The notes beneath the pieces were generated by a model. It was given only the letters and a program-made list of their open reading frames with translations. It did not search any database and had not been told where the DNA came from. DNA of 63,529 nt, the filler included, from Aduncisulcus paluster (lineage: Eukaryota), in NCBI GenBank assembly GCA_024181965.1. It is 40 parts of 40 records of this genome, joined end to end, with 100 filler letters (N's around TTAATTAATTAA, not from the genome) between each part and the next. Parts side by side here need not be neighbours in the genome. Positions count along the whole stretch, not along the records: positions 25,238 to 26,582 come from BQXS01003605.1; positions 26,683 to 27,850 come from BQXS01003616.1; positions 27,951 to 29,327 come from BQXS01003642.1; positions 29,428 to 30,586 come from BQXS01003658.1; positions 30,687 to 32,434 come from BQXS01003683.1; positions 32,535 to 34,690 come from BQXS01003711.1; positions 34,791 to 37,056 come from BQXS01003715.1; 33 more parts are not named here. One strand, 5' to 3'. Every line of letters begins with the position of its first letter. Position 1 is the first letter of the stretch. This document shows, piece by piece, positions 25,238-36,885 of this stretch. The translations under genes were made by a program, and so were the position numbers.

Positions 25238-26582
25238 TGCAACATTCAACTCATCGAGAGCAAGATGCACAATGGATAAGAGATCGGAATCTACAAGACC
25301 CAGGGAGGCAAGGCCTAAGGAGGAAATGGAAGAGACACTCACAAGAATGGATGGGTCAAACAATGAAGTCGTTTCTGCAACATCATCATACAACGACACA
25401 CCATTCATTATCAGCTCCGTCAACGAAACATTGGTAGAGTCGGCAGCAACAAGAAGAGCACTAACATCAATAATGGATGTATCGGCGAGATTGAGAAAGC
25501 TCAAGGATGTCATACAAGGGAGAAAGATCAGAAATGGAACAATCCATCGCATAAATAGTATCCAACAATCCCATCTCAGGCAATAGAGCTAGAGATGTAA
25601 TATCAGGGTTGGAGTGAATATACAGATCAGTCAAAGTATCTGCACTCTTGGACAAATCTGGAATATTCTGTAGATTACAATTGGACAAATAAATAAACTC
25701 CAAACTTGTCATTTCAGAAATAACATCATTAAATCCATCATAAATGGAATAATCATAGAAAACAAACATTTTAATAGTCGATAATTGGTTCTCCGATAAC
25801 GATTCAATGGAAGTAATCATGTTATCTTCTCCTCCAAATCCAATATATTCAAGAGATGGCAAATGATTATAACCAACATTCTTATCAAAACCAGCTTGAA
25901 CGGTAGGAGAATGATATATTCCAAATTCTTTAATTGTAGAAGGAAGAACATACCGATCTGAAGGAAGAGTTAAGGGCATATCTTGGAGAACTAATGTTTC
26001 AAGGGAAGAAAGACCTGTGAAATCAGGCAAATCAAACGGGTCCACCATATCAGCAAGAGTGCTGTCAGACACTCATCGCCATACCACCCTTCAACACATC
26101 CACTCTCGATAGGACAACTCGAACAGCAGAGAGATGTCTGTCAGAGAATTGTTCGACAGATCTAACATCTGTAGAGATGAAATTGAGACAATGTGGAATA
26201 AGTCATCGTCAGTCATAGTACAGATATACTGTACTATACTGAGTGTCAAACCCTGCTTGGACAGTAGGAGTGTCGTACATACGCAGTTGGACCAAAGAGT
26301 TGGGGATTAACTGAGTGGATTCGGATGTGTCGGGCAAAACAATGGATGTCGCATTAATATTGAGAATGGCAAGGGAAACATCGGATAGATCGGGAAGAGA
26401 CGACAACGAGGAATTGCTTGACAAATCCAATCTCTTGAGGAGTGTCAAAGTCGAGAGAGATGATAGCTCGGAGGTATCGGTGAGACCGTCATTGCTCAAT
26501 TGAAACTCTGAAATGCCAACAAGATGCTCAAGACCAGATAAAACACTGATGGGCGAAGTAGAGTTGGAGCATGAGAGAATGG
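25238..26582 (-). pseudogene. Eukaryotic leucine-rich-repeat surface-type protein, fragmented across several frames
   Basis: LRR units LKRLDLSSNSSLSSLPDL, LQMLDLSNNSLTDISLL and LEFIYLSNCNLQNIPDL. An out-of-frame Cys motif GCVEGWYGDEC. Frame breaks near 26230, 26105, 26070 and 25510 with no N gaps. Confidence 0.7.
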
Positions 26583-26682
26583 NNNNNNNNNNNNNNNNNN
26601 NNNNNNNNNNNNNNNNNNNNNNNNNNTTAATTAATTAANNNNNNNNNNNNNNNNNNNNNNNNNNNNNNNNNNNNNNNNNNNN

Positions 26683-26975
26683 CAATGATCGATGACATTA
26701 GACGAAGTGCTTGTCCAGCAATGAAAAGTGGACGCCATCTTGATGGGTCTTCAGGATCTTTGTCTCCACCTTTATCAAGAAGAGTGGCGGAAATGTGTCT
26801 CCATTGCGTTGGTATTTGGGAAGATGACAGAATCTTATTGAAGAGGGATGTCCAAACCGAGGGTGGAATGGTCTTAGCGGCCTTGGCAGTCATACCGTCT
26901 GGACCCTTTGCGGAGTACAAACCTTTCATAGCTTGCGTTGTGTCTTGAATACGAATCGTCTCGATAGCAAATTGG
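26683..26975 (-). mobile_element. Non-LTR retrotransposon reverse transcriptase fragment (domains 0-2)
   Basis: SAKGPDG, LFNKILSSSQIPTQWR and LLDKGGDKDPEDPSRWRPL are typical of non-LTR RT N-terminal subdomains. Confidence 0.85.
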
Positions 26976-27020
26976 TATAGTACAGTATAGTATAGTACAG
27001 TATAGTACAGTATAGTATAG
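26976..27020 (+). repeat. Pentanucleotide tract (TAYAG)9
   Basis: TATAG TACAG TATAG TATAG TACAG TATAG TACAG TATAG TATAG. Confidence 0.95.
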
Positions 27021-27541
27021 TAGTAGGAACAATTTATTAGTTTGTTGAACAAAATAAACCGGCCTAGAGCAAAAGCTCTTGAGGCGAGGTCGAGGCACAC
27101 AGCCCAATATTGGGGTTGAGAGGTCTTTTCTCTCCTCCTCTTCACATCCAATTTCAACAATACTTGGCAGAGCGAAGGTGCTTTTCTTAAGAAGGACGTT
27201 GGTGGTTCGAAGGAGAGAGAAGACGTCAGTATAGGTCGTATACCATAGGAAGGAAGAAAGTCATACAGAGTTGGTGAATGATAGAGGAAGAATATATAAA
27301 GATGAGGTTATAGAATAAAATGAAATAAAGTAGAATGTTGATGGAATGTTTTTTTTTTTTTTTTGTTTTTGTTTTTGTTTTGGGAAAAAAAAAAAAAATA
27401 AATATTATTAAAAAAATAGTGTTTGTTAACACTAATTTTAATTTAAGATAAGATAGATAGCAATAGAAATAGTGTTGTTAAGCATTGAAATGTCAATCAG
27501 TATAGTATAGAGAGAATAGTGTTATTTGACATAGAAATATC

Positions 27542-27850
27542 AATGTGTTTCGAGTTCTTTTGAACACCAAGCCTGTCTCAATAGGGTCAGACTTTCTGAT
27601 CGAAAGTGACTTATTGTGAGAGTCAAAGAGATGAAGGAGTTGAATAGGTTGTGTTGTTCGTTAAGGCAGTGAGATATATTAATGTATAAATGTGTTTCGA
27701 GTTCTTTTGAACACCAAGCCTGTCTCAATAGGGTCAGACTTTCTGATCGAAAGTGACTTATTGTGAGAGTCAAAGAGATGAAGGAGTTGAATAGGTTGTG
27801 TTGTTCGTTAAGGCAGTGAGATATATTAATGTATCAATGCGTTTCGAGTT
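27542..27850. repeat. 147-bp tandem repeat, at least 2.1 near-identical copies, running off the scaffold end
   Basis: The unit AATGTGTTTCGAGTT... starts at 27542, 27689 and 27836. Confidence 0.95.
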
Positions 27851-27950
27851 NNNNNNNNNNNNNNNNNNNNNNNNNNNNNNNNNNNNNNNNNNNNTTAATT
27901 AATTAANNNNNNNNNNNNNNNNNNNNNNNNNNNNNNNNNNNNNNNNNNNN

Positions 27951-29327
27951 CTGCCCGCCGGAATTTTCTGTGCCAATACGGACGATACGCAGCGTGTCAT
28001 TAGCGAGCGCCAGCTTTTGCTTCTGCGCGAGCTTGCCAGCCGTGCGGCCGAGGCGCGAAACGTCGGCGAGGCCTGCGAGCGCAGCGCCGAGGCCCTTGCG
28101 ACCGATCCACAGGATTTGCCCTTTGCGATGATCTATCTGATCGATCCAGAGGAGCAGGTTGCGCGGCTGGCCGCAACCAGCGGCATCGACCGGCATCATA
28201 GCGGGGTAAAGCCGCAGCTGGCGCTCGACGGCAGCGAAGTGTGGCCGATCGCCGACGTGTTGGCGGGCCGCGACGGAGTGCTGGTGCAGAACCTGAAATC
28301 TCTGTTCGATCTCGATTTCCCTTCCGGTGGCTGGCGCCAGGCGCCGCAGCAGGCCGTCGTGCTTCCGGTACTTGCCGCCGGCGATGCGGTGGCGGGCGTC
28401 CTGATTGCTGGGCTCAACCCATTCCNNNNNNNNNNNNNNNNNNNNNNNNNNNNNNNNNNNNNNNNNNNNNNNNNNNNNNNNNNNNNNNNNNNNNNNNNNN
28501 NNNNNNNNNNNNNATTCCGCCTCTTCGACGAACGCTATACGAGCTTTCTCGGATTGGTATCGACGCAGATCGCCGCCGTCATCAGCAACGCCCAGGCCTA
28601 CGAGGAGGAACGCCGCCGCGCTGAGGCGCTGGCCGAAATCGATCGCGCCAAGACCACCTTCTTCTCCAATGTCAGCCATGAATTCCGTACCCCGTTGACC
28701 TTGATGCTGAGCCCGCTCGAGGAATTGCTGTCCGGAGGGGAGGGCCACCTGCTGCCCGCGCAGCGCTCGTTGGCGGAAATCGCGCACCGCAACGGACAAC
28801 GCCTGTTGAAGCTGGTCAACACTTTGCTCGACTTTGCGCGGATCGAGGCGGGTCGCGCCACCGCCAGCTTCGAGCCCGTCGACCTTGCGGCGCTGACGTC
28901 GGATCTCGCATCTAACTTCCGCTCCGCGGTCGAGAAAGCGGGTCTGCGCCTTGCGATCAGGACGCAACCGCTGCCCGAGCCGGTCTATGTCGATCGCGAC
29001 ATGTGGGAAAAGATCGTTCTCAATCTGCTGTCGAACGCGTTCAAGTTCACGTTCGAGGGCGAGATCGCGGTCGTGGTCAAGGCCTCGCCCGATGGCGCTG
29101 AAGTCACGGTCAGCGACACCGGGACCGGCATCCCCGCGGCGGCGCTGTCGCATGTGTTCGAGCGCTTTCACCGTGTCGAGAGCGCACGGGGCCGCTCCTT
29201 CGAGGGCAGCGGCATCGGTCTTGCGCTGGTGCGGGAGCTCGTGAAGCAGCATGGCGGCCAGATAAGGGTCGAGAGCGAGATTGATCGCGGCACCTCGTTC
29301 ACCATCACGCTCCCGTTCGGAACGGAT
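27951..29327 (+). CDS. GAF-domain sensor histidine kinase, internal fragment (Bradyrhizobium-like)
   Basis: FSNVSHEFRTPL H-box, NLLSNAFKFT N-box, DTGTGI and GSGIGL G-boxes. Confidence 0.95.
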
Positions 29328-29427
29328 NNNNNNNNNNNNNNNNNNNNNNNNNNNNNNNNNNNNNNNNNNNNTTAATTAATTAANNNNNNNNNNNNNNNNN
29401 NNNNNNNNNNNNNNNNNNNNNNNNNNN

Positions 29428-30518
29428 GGATCAAATAAAGTCCAGTGTTCATCTGCTAAAATTCTTTTCATAAAAAGGTCATTTATCCATAGTGCAGGAA
29501 ATAAGTCGTGTGCTCTTCGTCTCTCTTCTCCAGAGTTTTTCTTTAAGTCAATAAAGTCCTCTATATCCATATGCCAAGGTTCTAAATAAACAGCAATAGC
29601 TCCTTTTCTAGTCCCTAATTGATCAACAGCAAGGGCAATGTCATTTGTGATTTTTAAGAATGGAACAGTACCACCAGCTGCACTTTTGTGACCATCAATC
29701 ACTCCACCTAAAGAACGAATAGAGTTCCAGTCCCAACCAATACCACCACCAAATTTAGAAAGAAGTGCCATCTCTTTATATCCATCAAAAATACCTTCGA
29801 TATTATCAGGACTTGAACCAATATAACAAGATGAAAGTTGGTGTCTATTTGTTCGTGCATTTGATAAAGTTGGTGTTGCTAACATCACTTCAAACTTAGA
29901 GATTACATCATAAAACTCTTTTGCTTTTGCTTGTTTATCTGTTTCATTTTGTGCTAAAAACATAGCTATACCCATGAACANNNNNNNNNNNNNNNNNNNN
30001 AACATTTGTTGTGGAAGTTCAATAGGTTGTTTGTCATTATTTTTTAATAAATATCTATCATAGAGTGTTTTCATACCTAAATAATTAAAGAGATAATCTC
30101 TTGTAGGGTCAAGATATTGGCTTAAATCATCTAAGTCATAACCTGATTCAAGTCCAGGGATAATTCGATCAGCTTCTTGTCCATATTTAATGTATTCAGC
30201 TAAATGACAATAAGCATTTCCTTTTATACCATGAGTAGCTTTTCCTACTTTATGATACAAGTCAAACAAAAATAATCGAGCAGCTACAAATGTCCAGTTT
30301 GGTACATCTATATCTATTTTTTCAACTGCTGTTTTGACTAAAGCATCTTGGATATCACTTGAACTCATACCATCTATAAATTTAATTTGCGCATCTATTT
30401 CTAGTTCACTTTGGCTTACTCCGGGTAAATTTTCAGTTGCAGAGATGGTATGCTTCTGGATCTTTGTTATATCTAAAACCTCTTGGCGACCATTTCTTTT
30501 CTGAATCATTATTCCCAT
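29428..30518 (-). CDS. nrdA: Class Ia ribonucleotide reductase alpha subunit with ATP cone, 3' partial
   Basis: IQKRNG ATP cone, ATPTLSNART, QLSSC, GGGIG, DQLGTRKGA and EPWHMD. Confidence 0.96.
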
Positions 30519-30686
30519 TGTAAATCCTCTATAGTAGTTAACTTTATTTTGTATTTTAAAATCCGATTTTAGCAAACTGTAACTTANNNNNNNNNNNNNN
30601 NNNNNNNNNNNNNNNNNNNNNNNNNNNNNNTTAATTAATTAANNNNNNNNNNNNNNNNNNNNNNNNNNNNNNNNNNNNNNNNNNNN

Positions 30687-30816
30687 CAATGATATTATAG
30701 TTTTTATAATTTTGATATGTTTTTAACCAAATATTTTGAGTTGTGTTTTGATTTGCTTGTGCGTTTATAGTACAGATAAAACAAACGGTCATCAAAAAAA
30801 AGAGAAATTTTTTCAA
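30687..30816 (-). CDS. Exported or membrane protein, 5' fragment
   Basis: Signal-peptide-like MKKFLFFLMTVCFICTINA, overlapping the upstream stop. Confidence 0.55.
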
Positions 30817-32056
30817 TGAAAAGCCTTGTCTGTATCATACAATTTTTGCAATATTTCTAAAATACTCTGTATAGACCTTTTTGTGGTAGTTTCTTGTGCT
30901 GTATGGTATCCTATTGTTGGGAGCTGTAGTGTTGTTCCTTGAATAGAACCTTTTGTAGCATGAATGATTTTGCCTAGTTCAGTTACACCTAAAGAACCTT
31001 TTGTACCAGTTTGCTTCATGATATTTTTTAAATAAGAATCTTTGAAATGATAGTTGATATTGTTTTCTATACAAATACTTTTAATTTTATTTTTTAGAGG
31101 CGATCTAAATACACCGTTTTCATCTCTGTTTCTTAANNNNNNNNNNNNNNNNNNNNNNNNNNNNNNNNNNNNNNNNNNNNNNNNNNNNNNNNNNNNNNNN
31201 NNNNNNNNNNNNNNNNNNNNNNNNNNNNNNNNNNNNNNNNNNNNNNNNNNNNNNNNNNNNNNNNNNNNNNNNNNNNNNNNNNNNNNNNNNNNNNNNNNNN
31301 NNNNNNNNNNNNNNNNNNNNNNNNNNNNNNNNNNNNNNNNNNNNNNNNNNNNNNNNNNNNNNNNNNNNNNTATGGGCTAGTATCTAAAACAAGTAGTTCA
31401 TTTGTCACTATGTCAAAGCGTCGAAAATATTCAAGTAAAAATCGCCAACTTTTTCCAGCTTCTTCAGATGCTGTAAAAAATGCAGTTCCTTGATACCCTA
31501 AATGATACATATATATTATAATTGCAACTGATATTACATTGTCAAGTTGTGCAGATACCAATTCATCTTCTATTGTTAATTTATCAACAAAAGCAATAGG
31601 AGTGCCAGGAAACAGATGTGAAAATCCATCCACTTTAAAGATGATATTGTTTCTTCTTTCACATAAAAAAGCATTTTGTATAACTCCCAATCCCAAATAA
31701 CTCCCAGACCAAGGTTCATAAGCTTGTACTTTTTCATTGACAAATCTATCTGTAAAATTTTTTAATAGACTTTCACTATTTGAATTTCCATTTAAATCCG
31801 CTTGATTTTTTGCAATATACGCTGCATATTGAAATTCGTTATCTCCTGTACAAATTAAACCATGTCTATCTGCATGTGCAGAGATATAGCCACTTGTTGG
31901 ATCTTCACCTTTTACAACTAAGACACCATCATAGTATTCTACATGCAATTCTAGTTCTTCAAGTTCTCTTTTAACTGACATAAAAAAAGGATGTTCAGCC
32001 CCAACAACACTTGGAATTCGAATGAGCTGTTTTAAAATATCGTAAAATTTTTCCAT
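30813..32056 (-). CDS. M42/M20-like zinc metallopeptidase (gap-interrupted)
   Basis: IPSVVGAE, SAHADRHG, AQLDN, TASEEAG and C-terminal IGYHTAQE. Confidence 0.8.
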
Positions 32057-32434
32057 TATTCTATTATCTCTTCTGTATTGAGTTCATGAAATTCACTTTG
32101 TTCTATTAACTCTTCATTAAAATATTCAATTTTATCTTCTGCTATATTAAGGTTTTTGAAATTTGCAATATGGAAAACAGCATCACCTTCTTGAACAAGA
32201 GGAATTTCTGATTTACCTATTATGATACCATCAAAAGGAGAAAAAATTTCATAACTATCATCACCTAATGGTTCATCAATGTAAGCAATAATTTCATTCT
32301 CTTTTACAGTGTCACCTAAAGCTTTAATTGTTCGTAACATACCGCTTTCAATAGATCGAATCCACTTACTACTTTTTGTAATAATAGGGACTTTTGGACT
32401 CTTTTTTCTTATTACTTTAGGAAGCATCTCATTT
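32056..32434 (-). CDS. Succinylglutamate desuccinylase/aspartoacylase-family protein, C-terminal fragment
   Basis: WIRSIESGML...LGDTV...SPFDGIIIG...PLVQEGDAVFHIA barrel-sandwich tail. Confidence 0.8.
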
Positions 32435-32534
32435 NNNNNNNNNNNNNNNNNNNNNNNNNNNNNNNNNNNNNNNNNNNNTTAATTAATTAANNNNNNNNNN
32501 NNNNNNNNNNNNNNNNNNNNNNNNNNNNNNNNNN

Positions 32535-33790
32535 ATCTGGAATCGTAAATGGAATCATAGATGATATCGTTGAAAATGGAAACAAAGCTGTAAAAGAACA
32601 TGTATCTAAGTTTGATAACTGGACACCAGTAAAGGATGAAGATTTATTTATTGATGTAGAAGATATGGAAAAAGCTTATAATAATATAGATGCTAAACTA
32701 AAAGAATCTCTACATTTAGCATATGATAGAATTAAAAAATATCATGAAAAACAACTTCCAAAATCTTGGATGGATTATGAATCAAATGGAACTATTTTAG
32801 GACAAAAAGTAACTGCTGTTGATAGAGCAGGGCTTTATATTCCAGGTGGAAAAGCTGCATATCCAAGCTCACTGCTTATGAATGCAATTCCTGCAATTGT
32901 AGCTGGTGTTGAAGAGATTATTGTATGTACTCCAACACCAGATGATGAACCAAATGAACTATTACTAGCAGCTTGTCACTTATGTGGTATCAAAACNNNN
33001 NNNNNNNNNNNNNNNNNNNNNNNNNNNNNNNNNNNNNNNNNNAACTGTTATGAAAGTTGGTGGTGCTAGTGCTGTTGCTGCTATGGCTTATGGAACTGAG
33101 ACATTAAAAAAAGTTGATGTGATTACAGGGCCTGGTAATATTTTTGTAGCAACTGCTAAAAAACTTGTATTTGGTGAAGTAAATATAGATATGATTGCTG
33201 GACCATCTGAAATAGGTATCTTAGCTGATGGAACTGCAAAACCAAAATATCTAGCAATAGATTTACTTTCTCAAGCTGAACATGATGAGATGGCTAGTTC
33301 GATTATGATTACTACTTGTGAAGAGATTGCAAAGTTTACAAGTGATGAAGTAGATAACTATTTAAAAGTTTTAAGTAGAAATGAGATTGCTAAAAAATCT
33401 ATTGATGAAAGAGGTTGTATTATCATCGCAACTTCTATGGATGAAGCGATTGAACTTATGAATGAAATTGCTCCTGAGCATTTAGAAGTGATGACAAAAT
33501 CTCCTTTTGAACTACTTCCTCAAATCAAACATGCAGGCGCAATTTTCTTAGGTGAGAATACTCCTGAACCTATTGGGGATTATATTGCTGGACCTAATCA
33601 TACTTTACCTACAGGTGGAACAGCTAAATTTTATAGTCCTTTAAATGTAGAAGATTTTATGAAAAAAAGTTCTATTATTAGTTTTAGTCAAAATGCTATC
33701 AATGAGATAGGCGAAGCTTGTGCACTTTTAGCAGATACAGAAGGTTTAACAGCCCACGCCGAATCTGTTAGAGTTAGAATAGAAAAATAA
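32535..33790 (+). CDS. hisD: Histidinol dehydrogenase, 5' partial
   Basis: YIPGGKAAYPSS, GPGNIFV, AGPSE, QAEH, APEHLE and GPNHTLPT. Confidence 0.97.
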
Positions 33791-33792
33791 AA

Positions 33793-34089
33793 ATGCCAAA
33801 ATATACTGCACTTCTAGAAGATGAAGATGATATCTTTGGAGGAACTCCTAAGTCGAAGTTTTGGGATATTGTTAACACTGCAAACGATGATTTAGTAAAA
33901 GAACAAATTGATGTTTTACTAGAAAAATTTGCAGTGATGGAATCTTTGCTTCTTGAAACACATGATGAAGAAAAGTTATCTAAAGTTATTGAAGAGTATA
34001 GCTTTAAAAATTCAAGCGATGTGGAACTGAGTAAAAAAAGTGCTTACATACATGTAACTACAGAGATAATATCTCGTTTAGATAGTTAA
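33793..34089 (+). CDS. Campylobacterota conserved small protein (DUF2018-like)
   Basis: DIFGGTPKSKFWDIV N-terminus, located between hisD and a polyprenyl synthase. Confidence 0.7.
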   Translation: MPKYTALLEDEDDIFGGTPKSKFWDIVNTANDDLVKEQIDVLLEKFAVMESLLLETHDEEKLSKVIEEYSFKNSSDVELSKKSAYIHVTTEIISRLDS

Positions 34090-34127
34090 AAATAATAATG
34101 AATCATTAAAAAGGTATAAATAAAATC

Positions 34128-34690
34128 ATGGAAGAGTTATCATTAGTTAAAAATCAAATAAAAGAGTATATACAAGAGTGTGGAGATCAAAAAAGTTGTG
34201 AACTTTTAGAGATGTTAGCCCAAGGGAAAATGCTTCGATCAAAACTTATTTTGAAAATTGCTGGGGTAAATGATAACTCGATAAAACTTTGTTCAGTTGT
34301 AGAGATGATTCATGCAGCTTCACTTCTTCATGATGATGTGATTGATGAGTCAGATACAAGAAGAGGAAAACCCTCTATAAATGCATTGTTTGATAATAAA
34401 ACTGCTATTATGTTTGGTGATATATTGTATTCAAAAGCTTTTACAGAACTTTCTCAAATGGACAAAAAAATAGCTCATACTGTTTCAAGTGCTGTAACAC
34501 TTTTAGGTATTGGTGAGATGTTAGATGTCGATTTAACCAATAATTTTAATACTTCTTATGATAAATATTTTGATATGATCTATAAAAAAACAGCATCATT
34601 AATTGAAGCTAGTGCAAAAGCAGCAGCACTATTGTGTGGGAAAGATGAAATCGCTTTTGCTCTATATGGTAAAAACCTTGGTCTTGCTTT
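34128..34690 (+). CDS. ispB: Polyprenyl diphosphate synthase (IspB-like), 3' partial
   Basis: GKMLR, HAASLLHDDVID (FARM), RRG and KKTASL. Confidence 0.9.
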
Positions 34691-34952
34691 NNNNNNNNNN
34701 NNNNNNNNNNNNNNNNNNNNNNNNNNNNNNNNNNTTAATTAATTAANNNNNNNNNNNNNNNNNNNNNNNNNNNNNNNNNNNNNNNNNNNNATAATTTCAA
34801 CTTAATTATAATGAGTTTATAAACAATATATTTAGAATTATAGTAAAAAAGTTACATAAAAATAACAAATTATTATATTAATAGCTTCTTTTAAGATATA
34901 TAAGCTAAAATAGTAAAATTAAATTTAATAAAAGTATTAAAAAGGTATATAA

Positions 34953-36478
34953 ATGTTTGGAATGGTTGGGCAAAATGATTTAGATGTGGTTGATGAGTTT
35001 TTTGATGAATTTATAGAGTTTGTTATGAGTAAACAAAATCAATTTGATTTTTCAAAAAGAACCACAAGTAAAAATGTAAACAATATGTTGGATAAGTGGT
35101 CAAAAAAAGCTTCAAAACTAGATACTCGAATGAAAGACGATATGAGAGTTATGGGGGAAATAGTTTTAACTACAGACAAAATAGAACAGGGTATTTTTAA
35201 ATGTAGAATAAATTCAGAAACTCAAAACCCGATGTTGATGACATTAAAAATAAATATGAATAAGATGTTAGATGCGACTCAATCGACAATGGATGAATTA
35301 TCTAGAATANNNNNNNNNNNNNNNNNNNNNNNNNNNNNNNNNNNNNNNNNNNNNNNNNNNNNNNNNNNNNNNNNNNNNNNNNNNNNNNNNNNNNNNNNNN
35401 NNNNNNNNNNNNNNNNNNNNTATCTAGAATATTAAATATGTATTCAAATAATGATTTTAGAGAAAAATTAACTATTAGTCCTCATATGAAAGATGATATG
35501 TTAGATGTGATGGAGAGTGTAAATAAATTAGGTGAAGCATTATCTACAAGTGCAAAAGAAAACTTTACAAATGGTAAACACCTAGAATCAAATTCAGCTA
35601 CCATGACTGATTCTGTAAATAATCTAGCAGACAAAGCGAATCAACAAGCAGCTTCACTTGAGCAAACTGCTGCTGCAGTAGAAGAGATCACTAGTATCAC
35701 AAGAAATAATGCTAATAATGCTGTCAAAATGTCAGAATTAGGGAAAAAAGTTCAAAGTGAAGTTTCTGACGGAATGGTTCTCGCAAACCAAACTTCACAA
35801 GCGATGGATAGTATAAATGAGCAAGTAACAGCTATCAATGAAGCTATTACAATCATTGACCAAATAGCATTTCAGACAAATATTTTATCTTTAAATGCAG
35901 CAGTAGAAGCTGCAACAGCTGGTGAAGCAGGAAAAGGATTTGCTGTTGTTGCACAAGAGGTAAGAAATCTTGCTTCACGATCAGCAGAAGCTGCAAATCA
36001 AATAAAAAATTTAGTAGAAAATGCTGCAACAAAAGCAAATGATGGTAAAAATGTAAGTGATAAAATGATAGCAGGATATGAACTTTTAAATACAAATTTT
36101 AGTGAAACAATTAAATTGATTAANNNNNNNNNNNNNNNNNNNNCACGATCAGCAGAAGCTGCAAATCAAATAAAAAATTTAGTAGAAAATGCTGCAACAA
36201 AAGCAAATGAAGGTAAAAAAGTAAGTGATACAATGATTCGTGGTTATGATGCTCTGAATAAAAATACAGATGAGACAATTGAACTCATTGAAAATGTAAG
36301 TTCAGCATCAAAAGAACAGATGACAGGAATTGAGCAAATCAATGATGCTGTAACCATGCTAGATAGAGTAACTCAAGAGAATGCACATGAAGCTAACAGC
36401 GTAGCTTTAATTGCAAAAGATGTAAGTTCATTAGCTAACGATCTAGTAAATGACGCTAGTAATAAAAAATTTAATTAA
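34953..36478 (+). CDS. Methyl-accepting chemotaxis protein without an evident transmembrane segment; scaffold appears chimeric at the 36125 gap
   Basis: [37 protein letters not shown] signalling hairpin. Confidence 0.92.
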
Positions 36479-36489
36479 AAGGGATATCA

Positions 36490-36882
36490 ATGGAAAGAGA
36501 AACAGTACTTGATGAATATGCTTTTCTGGTAAGTGAAACAGATGAAAAAGGGATTATTAGATTTGCAAATGATGATTTTTGTAAGGTTGCTGGATATTCA
36601 CTCAAAGAGCTTATGGGACAACCACATAATATGGTGCGACATAAAGATATGCCAAAAGCAGCATTTAAATCACTTTGGGAAACAGTACAACAAGGTGATA
36701 TCTGGACTGGTTATGTAAAAAATGCAACAAAAGATGGTGGATACTATTGGGTTTTTGCAACGGTATTTCCATTTGAATCGTGTGATGGTACAAAAGGATA
36801 TTTGTCGTGTAGAAGAAAACCAAGTAAAGAAGAGATCTCTGAACATGAAGCACTCTACAAAGAGTGGAAAAGAAGCGAATAA
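36490..36882 (+). CDS. Stand-alone PAS-domain protein (Aer/CetB-like)
   Basis: VSETDEKGII-FAN..F, GQPHNMVRHKDMP and VKNATKDGGYYWV match the Aer FAD-binding PAS pattern. Confidence 0.9.
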   Translation: MERETVLDEYAFLVSETDEKGIIRFANDDFCKVAGYSLKELMGQPHNMVRHKDMPKAAFKSLWETVQQGDIWTGYVKNATKDGGYYWVFATVFPFESCDGTKGYLSCRRKPSKEEISEHEALYKEWKRSE

Positions 36883-36885
36883 TTA

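Noticed and set aside
27542-27850. 147-bp repeat as a CRISPR array
   Set aside because: Whole units repeat with no unique spacers, there are no cas genes, and the context is eukaryotic.
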